NCBI GenBank assembly: GCA_034780895.1
Contig: JAUZTB010000076.1
Location: forward strand, 60,416,069 to 60,475,374
From: Rhynchobatus australiae
Taxonomy: Eukaryota
Length of the DNA stretch: 59,306 nt
Direction of reading: 5' to 3'
Below the pieces are notes generated by a model, which saw only the letters and a program-made list of their open reading frames with translations, did no database searches and was not told where the DNA came from. The translations under genes and the position numbers were made by a program. Every line of letters starts with the position of its first letter. Position 1 is the stretch's first letter. Positions 49,301 through 59,306 of the stretch are shown piece by piece.

Positions 49301-50634
49301 ATAATTCTCAATGACTGTTTAACATCATGTACAATCAAATGTTAAAACTAAGCAGTTAAATATTGCTTTTCATAAAAATAAGGGACTGACAGTAACTTGC
49401 AGATAGATGAGCTCGTGTTGTCTGTGTTTAAATATAGTTTGAAGTGAAATCCTAAAGTGCAGCCATATATATATCCAAATAGTGTGCTACAGTAGATTAC
49501 AGGATAGCTTCCTGCTCACACAGAATGTTCCTGATATCTGCCAAATTGGTGAATGATGAGGGGCTGTGGAGAAGAATTGATACCTTAAAAATCTATCCAG
49601 CTCACAGTGGAGGCTGTGATTCAGAAATAGGAAACCATAAGCTCTTTAATTGCTTTTAAACACGGTTTGCAAATTCCCAAATCATTGCCAGACTGCAGAC
49701 AGCATCTATCTCCTATGTGGTACACTTAACATGCTCTTTTTGTAATGTCACTCTGTCCATGGTCATCCTGAGCAATAGTGGGGGGAAGGGGAGAGAAAAA
49801 CTGCCAGTGGTTGGGATGTGAANNNATGTGAAGGGTGGATTTCAGAGCTTGTTTTGGGGTGGGGGGGGGGGAAGGTTTGAGATCAAGTATTGGTGCGGGG
49901 GGGGGGAAGAGTGCATTGCTTGGGAGGGGGGAGATTGGCATATTCGGACCACATGCTGATGGGAAGGAGGGATTTAGCATAATGGAGGGTAGGGAGAGAA
50001 ATGGGCCAGCTGCCCGTTCCCCACTGCCGCAGAACAGCAATTAAATTAAAAACAAAATCAAAGGATACTTGCCTGGGACCTGCTCAAGGAGACCTCCTTT
50101 AAGCAGTAGTGTGAGGAAAACATAATTGTTCTCAGAATGGCCAACAATGGGCACTCCTAGGAGCGTGACCTGATTTCTTGGGCATCACTCCAAATTAAGT
50201 CATCCCCTGTGCAACTGAAATGAAAAGTGTGCCAGGTGCACAAGGGTGCCACATGTCCAGAAATTACAGCTCAAATTTCCAGATTGGTGTGATTTGACCC
50301 AGAAATACTCACAATCACATTCCATTCCTGGGACAAATGCTTTTCAGATGAGTACTATAGGGAAAAAAAGAACCAGATGACTGAATTTCTCAGCCAGTTC
50401 AGTTACACTTAGTGACCACTTGTCAAATTTAAAATAAATTAAGCTCATAATTATGAGAAATATAAAATATTCCTGCTCCAACTAAGCAGGTGGGTACTAG
50501 TGTTTTGCATCTATGGCTCAAACAGATCTTTAACCTCTACTGCATCACAATTTAATTCTGAGTCGGTCNNNNNNNNNNNNATAAAAAGTGTCAGTCTTCT
50601 GATCCCAGATAAAATCTAAATGATAAAACAGTAC

Positions 50635-50788
50635 CTCAAAGCAGAAATCCTGCCCCAGGATACTACTGTGCAAAGGTTTAATAAAGACATCCTGCTCCAT
50701 GCTTAATTCCAAAGTCTCAATTGCACTGCCAGGACTCAGCAGGGATTCATGGGAACGAGATTCTTTCAATTTTGGTAAAGCACGAGAC
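50635..50788 (-). CDS. RASAL2: RASAL2 exon ([19 protein letters not shown]...[12 protein letters not shown]), 154 nt, phase 2-0
   Basis: ccttgcag acceptor and GTACTG donor; SRSHESLLS motif of the SynGAP/DAB2IP/RASAL2 family. Confidence 0.96.
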
Positions 50789-53700
50789 CTGCAAGGAACA
50801 ATAAATAATTCATGGCAGAGTGCATCACATAGAACAAATAAAAACTTCAGTCTTGTCCGATTCTATCCTATAAACAAATACAAGAGATCGAAGAGGGTGT
50901 TAAGAGTAGAACAATAAATTATTGTACTTGCCTGGGAAAAGATAATACATGAATACAAAGGGGTATAGGTGGGAANNNNNNNNNNNNNNNNNNNNNNNNN
51001 NNNNNNNNNNNNNNNNNNNNNNNNNNNNNNNNNNNNNNNNNNNNNNNNNNNNNNNNNNNNNNNNNNNNNNNNNNNNNNNNNNNNNNNNNNNNNNNNNNNN
51101 NNNNNNNNNNNNNNNNNNNNNNNNNNNNNNNNNNNNNNNNNNNNNNNNNNNNNNNNNNNNNNNNNNNNNNNNNNNNNNNNNNNNNNNNNNNNNNNNNNNN
51201 NNNNNNNNNNNNNNNNNNNNNNNNNNNNNNNNNNNNNNNNNNNNNNNNNNNNNNNNNNNNNNNNNNNNNNNNNNNNNNNNNNNNNNNNNNNNNNNNNNNN
51301 NNNNNNNNNNNNNNNNNNNNNNNNNNNNNNNNNNNNNNNNNNNNNNNNNNNNNNNNNNNNNNNNNNNNNNNNNNNNNNNNNNNNNNNNNNNNNNNNNNNN
51401 NNNNNNNNNNNNNNNNNNNNNNNNNNNNNNNNNNNNNNNNNNNNNNNNNNNNNNNNNNNNNNNNNNNNNNNNNNNNNNNNNNNNNNNTTCACCGTTTGAA
51501 AAAAATACATCTTCCTTTACATAGAAACTACAAGAGGTGGTAACTTGCAGGCAAATGAGTGAAGGATTATGCTGGACCAATGTCCAGAGTTTATCAGCAC
51601 ATTATAAGGGCATTACACATCATTGCTGAAACCTTCAGGTGTGGAAAAATCAATGCAAGATTATACAGCAAGATCACAATCAGAAAGAATCAAAAGCTTA
51701 TTTTCCTTTTCTTCTAATTTGACTGGAATGCAGTATTCTAATTTACTTTGCAGAATAAAAGCTGTTGGGATTCAGAGGGAATTTGCCTTTTTAAGCACCT
51801 GCCACTTCACAGTACAGTCACTGTTTCTATGAACTATCCTGCAACACATTCGCACACAGCCAAGAGTTAACAGTGATAACAGGAACTTGTTAAAGAAAAT
51901 ATGAAGCTCACTCCCTATCGAGATATGTATGTCTCTTATCTCCTCAATACAATTGACCAGTTGATCACCTGTTCACTGAAATATTAACCAGTTCTCCCAA
52001 TAAATTACTTAATTGCAGTGATTGTCTGACAAAAAAAAACCTTCCAAGATGGAAGTACAGACAGCCGCCTGCTTTGCTCCCAATCAGTTTTTCTCCTTCC
52101 TTTTTAGTGGCACCAACCCAAACTTGGCAGCAGGAGCTCCCCACTGTTTCATTCCACTGGTGATTCTATACATCAGCTTTGATGGAAAAAGCTAGATAGC
52201 TATTTAACGTAAGGGCAGGGCAGGGAAATCACAGCCAACACATTCAATATTTGCTGCAAAATGTATGCAGTATAATTTGAATTTAGACTGACATAATTGG
52301 CAGAAACCAGGATTCAATATTTTATCACACAAATTGACACAAGAGCAGTGATCACACCTGGGGATGCTCTACCTATATTGGCTCAACACCACACAATCTG
52401 CTAATTTATTAGACAAATCAATTTGCATTTTACTGAAGCGATGGACAAGTGTCATTAGTTGTCACAACTATTTTTTCAATGACTAAATAGAAAAATACNN
52501 NNNNNNNNNNNNNNNNNNNNNNNNNNNNNNNNNNNNNNNNNNNNNNNNNNNNNNNNNNNNNNNNNNNNNNNNNNNNNNNNNNNNNNNNNNNNNNNNNNNN
52601 NNNNNNNNNNNNNNNNNNNNNNNNNNNNNNNNNNNNNNNNNNNNNNNNNNNNNNNNNNNNNNNNNNNNNNNNNNNNNNNNNNNNNNNNNNNNNNNNNNNN
52701 NNNNNNNNNNNNNNNNNNNNNNNNNNNNNNNNNNNNNNNNNNNNNNNNNNNNNNNNNNNNNNNCTGCTCTCTATATTTTTTCAAATGAACTGAGAAATGC
52801 CTGGACCCTGCCTGGCAATTTCCAACAAGACAAAGATCAGGAACTCACCAACATCCCCTGTAGCTAAAATGGACTCCCTTAATACATATTTGAAAGTAGG
52901 AATTCATTCCCTGTACAGCTTTAAAATCTGCTCTGTTGATAAACAGGAAAAACACCAAGTTTTCAACCCCAAACCTTGTACCACTGTTGCTCCAGTGAAA
53001 GAGGTGCAAAGAATAGATCTGCAAAAACATACAAAGCTTGAAAAACTAAGGTTTCATGAGTGTCATGGCAATGCTTCAGCTTAGTTGGGAAACTGACACC
53101 TCAGCACATATGCAAAACAATAAATGAAACTGCAGCATGTGTGCAATGTCAGATACTGCAAAGCCGTTAAACAATTTGATTCAAACAGCCTATCAACAAA
53201 CACACTGGGGGTGTGCAAAAGCACTGGACACAACAAGCTTTGATTAAAAATGGTACATACATAGCATTCTCCATTTAAAGTCTCTAACAATTATGCTTTT
53301 CCATGGATTCCAAAAATAGATTTGGTTCAGAGGTAGGAATGAATACTGCTGTTCTGCTTTAGTACTACTTTTACTTTGCAAAACCTTCAGAGCTTAAGAG
53401 CAAGGACAGCATAAGTAAAAAAAAACATAGCTCACAAAGTCCTTTCAGAAGGACGATGTACGCAAGGTGGACAACTATGGTTATACCTCAATGCTCTCTG
53501 CGGGCACAGGGGACTTGATGACTTCCTCATTCGCAAGCAAACCTCCTCAGTTCACTGTGCTCCAAAAAATAGCCTGCAGAATGTAATTCTTTCATGTTCT
53601 CACAGTGATGGGGGTTAAATCTCCATGTGCAGTATCACAATCTTTATGTTTGCTATTTAAATTCTTTGAAAGAATTCTGGAGCTTTACCTCTCCCCACAA

Positions 53701-56700
53701 TTCAAAGAAATCTACATGCAGGGGCAAAACAACCACACCTGTCACTGTTTTCTTAACAATAAATCTACATTCCATAAGAGAAAAAGTACATTACAAGATT
53801 CTACAGCACTCTCATTAAATACACCAAATCTACAGAAAAATTGTTCCACTGATTGTGTGGAACAAGTTGGCCACTCCAGAAATATGACCCAAGGCAAGGC
53901 ATACATTCCTATTTTGTAGCTATAGGTAAAAGAAAATAATTCAGGGGTTGTATGAGATATAGTAAAATCACTTCATCTCCAACCCTATTGAATTTTTCAT
54001 CACAGGAACACTGACCCAAAGTGTCCCTTCAATGCACCACATTTAGACCAGCTTCTGATATCTTGGGATTCCTGTGCACAGATATATTTAGCAAATAGTC
54101 ACTTCTAATTTGTCTTTATGGCAATAAACAATTCTCACCATGCAACAGAAACTTAGNNNNNNNNNNCTTAGTGTGAGTGGGTGATTAAATTTACAAAGAC
54201 TTCGACATACATGAATGCTTGCAACTGCAGTAGCATCTGTAATCACTTCTCTCAAAAAGGAAATTACAGTTGCAAACAGTGTATCATCAGCTCTTCAAGT
54301 TATGGGCATGGAGGAGAACATGTTTGTGTGATCAGCCGGAGCAGAGCAAAGAGGTTAGAAGAAAAATAAAATAATAGAAATGATTAACTCAAGCTATTCA
54401 TCATTATTGGTGGGTCTCTGGCACTACAGCTGAAGGCATGATAATAAGTCAATGGGCCACACACGTGCAGGTAATAAGAAACACATCAGGATAGACATAA
54501 GGGAGCAGAAGAAAACATCCATGGGAATTTTTTCTTTAAAAGATGTAATACCCATGTCAAATCATCAATGACATCAAACACACACAGTATTTTTCAATAT
54601 TCTGTTGTTTAGCTTGGAAACCACTCAAACAAACTGACATAATACTATACTTACATTAGACAGCTACGCAGCCACTTAACAGAACACCCCCAGATCATGA
54701 TNNNNNNNNNNCAAGTTAGGGGAAAAAGTGATTTCACTTTCCCCCTTCTCTCAAGACAATCCTTGATACAATCTTCGAAACACACCTCGAGTAGGATGGT
54801 TCTCCAATACTTTCAAGATCTCAAGTGGCCTTCAAGTCTTCAAAGCTTAATTCCATCAAGGATAGTTTTATTCCTGAAAACATTGTGTCTATTAAAATAA
54901 ACTACCCTGGTGGTCTCCACATTGCAGGGTTGCACACTGAAACTGCCTGGAAAAAAAAGTTTTAAAAAAAGCCTCTTCAGAGCAGACTCCAACTTCAACA
55001 ATTGAAGTATCCCATTACTGGCTGGGTGTCAGGCCAACTCCAATTATTTCTCCTTCTCCCAAAAGATAAGTGAGACAATCCTCTTCATTTTAGTCAAAGC
55101 CCTGGAACACACTGATTTTTCTCCTGAAAGAGCAGATCCAAGCATCCACCATGTTCTGATCACTTGAAGGCTGGACACCTTTCTTCCCTTTGTCTAAATT
55201 ACTTGGCTGAACATCCAATTATCCTCACTTGATGGCAATCCTTGTGCAGAAGAGAACAAGATTCTTCCAAGTTCTACCCATCACAGGGATCAAAAAAGCC
55301 AGTTTCTAAGTCTCCTTTCAAACACAAAGCTAGATCAGGTCAAAACACTCCCATTTCCTCCTGGTACACAATGGGATTCGAATGATTTTCTTCACTTCCA
55401 GGCACAAGAAGCAGCGATTTGTTCTTTTCATATTTCAGTGATGTATACAGCACAAGTAAGAACACTGTTCAAGGGACTGAAAGTGATTCCCAAACAAAAC
55501 CAACAATTCATCACTGCCTCTTAAACAGCATAAACATGGGCCTGACGTATATTGTTTTGTCCCACCTGGGGCAGTTGTTATGGCAATGCACCTATGAGAA
55601 GATTAGTGTCTGAAGCCAGCAGGGGCCATGAGCACCAGAGTCACTTGAATGCTGCTTCTTTACTGCAGCACTCTCTGAATAGCACACCGATCACAGCAGT
55701 AGAAATCAATGTGACCCTTAAGAAGAACAATAGTAATTTCACCTCGAGAAGGACTGTCCATCACATGACATCTTCAGCCTCTCTGAGCACACTCCAGCTG
55801 AGCAGTGAGCTCGAGTGCAGCAGCCCACTGCGTAAAATGCTCTCATACAGATGCTTTCATCTGGATTCTGGCCAAGTCAAACTGTAGTGACAGGGATTAA
55901 ATATAGAATGATGGATGGTCAGGAGTACAATAAAATATATTTACTAGCCAGAGCACAGCTTATTAATTGTACAAAGCCAGGAGCAAGGGACAAAATGTGC
56001 ATCATCATAATTTATCCTTAAAACAACAGGAGAAAAAAAAGATTTTAAAAAATCTTTTAAGCTATTTTATCTCTTATTAAAATGATAGCTGACATTGTGC
56101 AAGGATGAATTGCTTGCATAGGTAGCCACACAGTTTTAATTAACTGCAACAAAGCAGGAAACTGAATGATGAAAGCAAAAGGAAAATGTCAGATTGAACA
56201 GAATAAATGCTAATTAGAACCACACAGGATGGCAGAATAATAGTTGCATGGAGGTATCTATTCTAAGCAATCCCAGAAAGGACTGTGACTTTCATCAATA
56301 AATCTCGATATTTAGCAGGCACAAAGCATTATGCCAAACAAGATACATGAGATTGTGTGCCATTTAGTCTTTCACGGAGAGTAAGGGTATGCTTTTTAAA
56401 AAAACATATGGACAGTTAAGGAAAGGAAATGAGCACATTCATGGAAAATATTCATTGAAACAGATGAGCTACTCAGAATTAAAGTAACACATCATCTCAC
56501 CTCACTGCCTTGCTTCTACATTCAAATGAAGAGGTAAAACTGACACACACAATTAAACTCTCGTGTTACATGGGCCACACTGATACCTTAAATCATGTAA
56601 AATTACATTCTGTACTTTGAACAGCAGCACTCCCTTGGTATTTCACCAGTGTATGCCTTGGTTCATGCTTGTCCTTGAACTCAGAACCTTTGAACAGAGA

Positions 56701-57564
56701 TGAAAGCTCCACAATGATTCTTATTTGTTTAATTAAATCACCCTGGACAATTTAATTTAAAAAAAACATGGGGAATTCCATGTTTTGAAGAATATTAGTT
56801 GCTCAACAGCAATTTTCAATTTGAAAATAATTCCTTACTGCTAGTCATTAGCAAACTAAAATTCAACCATTTTGTACCAAGGCAGGCATCCACAATTGAA
56901 AGTGACTATATTGGGTATGTATACATAGATTATTTTCATTAAGTGAAAATCAAAAAACTGCAGATATTGGAAATCTGATATAAAAACAGCTAATGCTAGG
57001 CAGCAGGCAGTCAGCAACCATAAAGGTTCCTTTGACAACACAGCTCATTACTGTAACATTCATGTGGCTTGTCTATTTAAGTTTCTGGTCACCAATGACC
57101 AGCAGGATATTGGTGGGGAAGCCAATGATGGCAACCCTGGTGAAGATTAAAGAACCTTGTCAAAGTTGATTATTGCCAAGCACTTTGCTGGCACCAATGT
57201 TATTTGACATTTATTAGCCTGTATCTGAAGTTTTGATGCATGTAAACAGGGGCTGCTCAATATTGGAAGTAAACCGCAAAAGGAACTGAACATTGCATAA
57301 TATGTGACCATTCCCCACTTCTGACCTTATGATGAATGCAAATGACAAACCAGCAGAAATGGCAGCAAAATCCTGTGGCTAGGTTGATTGACCTACAACA
57401 ACCACAAACATTGGTGCTTGGTATGAATCCAATCAATGTGAAGAGTTTCCCCTCAATTCTCATTTACTTCATTTTAACAAGAGCTGTCTTGGTGCATAAT
57501 AATGTCACACCTTCCAACGCTTTACTGATGATTGAGAATAAACTGGGTTGACAATTGAAATCAT

Positions 57565-57835
57565 CTGCACAGCTTGATCCTGACATCCAGTTGTTCCTGT
57601 GTGGAGTTAGCATGTTAGTGTGGAGTTTCCCTTGTCCGTGTGGGATTTTCCCACGTGCTTAGATTTCCTCCCACATTCCAAAAATGTGCTGGTAGATTAA
57701 CTGGCAAATGTAATTGCCTGTGGTTGATGTGAGCAGCAGGAGAGTTGGTGAGCATCTGAGAGAGAATTGGTTACAAGGAAATACATGGGGCAATGGGACT
57801 GATGGAAAAGGTCTGGGAACTGGCATCCTTCTATG
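57565..57835 (+). mobile_element. Decayed V-SINE
   Basis: V-domain remnants GTGTGGAGTT..GTGTGGGATTTTCCC..TTTCCTCCCACATTCCAAA. Confidence 0.6.
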
Positions 57836-58239
57836 TTGCAAGGAAATGTGAAATTCCTGCTTTTTGTGGGCGGAGTGCACCTCGACAAAATTGCATGTTA
57901 TTGGACAGCTTCTGGTACTGTAGAGCATGAAAATAGCTTGGCTCGGGGCAAAGCTGGCTGAGAAACACGAGCCTTTAGCACTACAGCCAGGGTACAGTCA
58001 GGGCCTATAACCATTGCTACATGCAGTGCACTCAGCCATTTCCAGATATCAAGTAGAGTGAATCAATTTGGCTTCTGTCATGTTGCAGATCTTTGAAGGA
58101 GATGGATCTTCAGTGGATAAACTACAAGGTGCTTCTGGCTGAGCAAGCTGGTCCTGTCCAGGATGGTACAAAAGATCTACAATTCACCTTCACAACTGTG
58201 GCCTGGAGTACAAGAAAGAAATATGCTACTTTTAATTGG

Positions 58240-59306
58240 TTTCAATAATACATGGTAGAAAAGAGGTGAGTCTCTGTGCGTGATCTGGTGAGTTTCACTT
58301 GCAGAGTTGGGAGTTGGAGCGAGATTTTGAGCGGGACACTTGAAAAGAGGTGAGTCTCTGTGCCTGAACTGGTGAGTTTCACCTTGCAAGAGTCTAAACA
58401 AGGCATATTTGCAAATTGTTACCTGCTGATTGGCTTATTAAGGGTAAAGGTAAGGCACGTGTAAGCGGAGCAGCCCAGTGTTGGAGTGGGGAGTTGAAGC
58501 TTTGGTTCAAGAGACGAAGGTAAGTCTCTGGCAAGTTTCTTTCTGTCTTTCTTTCTTTGAGTTGGTGTTCCCTGTAGTGCAAACTAGTGAGAATGGCTCC
58601 AGGGTCAGTGGTGCGTTCAGCTTGTGAGATGTGGGAGTTCTGGGAGACATCCAGTCTCCCTGATAACTACATCTGCACGAGGTGCATCCAGCTGCAGCTC
58701 CTTGCAGACCGTGTTAGGGAACTGGAGCTGCAGCTGGATGACCTTCAGCTCTTGCAGAATACCAAGCACAGAGAAAAGAGCTGAAGGGAGGCAGTTGCTC
58801 AGAAGCTGCAGGAGGCAGGTAGCTGAGCGACTGTCAGAAGGACAGAGAATAGGCAGGTAGTGCAGAGTACGCCTGTGGCTGTTCCCTCAATAACAGGTAT
58901 ATCACTTTGGTTACTGTTGGCGGGGGAGGGAGGGAAGGAGAGAAGAAGGTAGTAGTGATAGGGGATTCCATAGTAAGGGGGGCAGAAAGGAGATTCTGTG
59001 GATGTGAAAGAGTCCTGGATGGTATGTTGCCTCCCTGATTCCAGAGTCATTGACATCTCAGATCTGGCCCACAGCATTCTGAAGGGGGAGGGTGAACAGC
59101 CAGAGGTCATGGTACATATTGGTACAATGACATAGGTAGGAAAAAGAGAGGTCCTGAAGAGGGAATTATAGGGAGTTAGGTAGAAAGCTGAAAAGCAAGA
59201 CCTCAAGGGTAGTAATCTCTGGATTGCTACCTGTGCCATGTGCCAGTGAGGGTAAGAATAGGATGATTTGGCAGATGAATGTGTGGCTGAGAAATTGGTG
59301 CAGGGG
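58240..59306 (+). mobile_element. 5' portion of a CR1 LINE (5' UTR + ORF1 zinc finger/leucine zipper + SGNH esterase), continuing beyond the window
   Basis: ATG at 58593: MAPGSVV[R]SACEMWE..YICTRCIQLQLLADRVRELELQLDDL. Then VVIGDSIVRG (~58950), VCCLP, VMVHIGT and VVISGLLPVP; frameshifted. Confidence 0.88.

Noticed and set aside
49775-49995. G-run cluster (possible G-quadruplex)
   Set aside because: Low-complexity homopolymer runs next to an N gap, with no other support for function.
31116-52784. Long ORF-track entries made mostly of X
   Set aside because: Artefacts of translating N runs.

Overview
Eukaryotic draft-assembly DNA with many N gaps. The repeat content (HE1-like V-SINEs, abundant CR1, Penelope and Rex1/Babar fragments) suggests a cartilaginous fish, probably a ray or skate (inference). 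The window holds ten consecutive minus-strand coding exons of RASAL2 (PH-C2-RasGAP-C-terminal region). All have GT-AG boundaries and compatible phases, and the gene runs off both ends. The most striking feature is at 1-~7470: a decayed, near full-length R2-type restriction-like-endonuclease retrotransposon (3 zinc fingers + Myb + RT + CCHC + RLE, the R2 A-clade layout). It lies in a RASAL2 intron, with no 28S rDNA visible. Nested inside it is a complete CsRn1-clade Gypsy LTR element (714-4924; GTAG target-site duplication, tRNA-Trp PBS, CHCC Gag) with an intact -1 frameshift cassette. Other points: a ~213-nt AG-exclusion zone with a distant branch point before a tandem alternative acceptor, two short copies of local intronic sequence inserted into CR1 elements, degenerate Penelope hammerhead ribozymes, and a speculative antisense nested gene. 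Exon and LTR boundaries were read base by base; other repeat boundaries are approximate, and family names come from motif recognition, not database searches.
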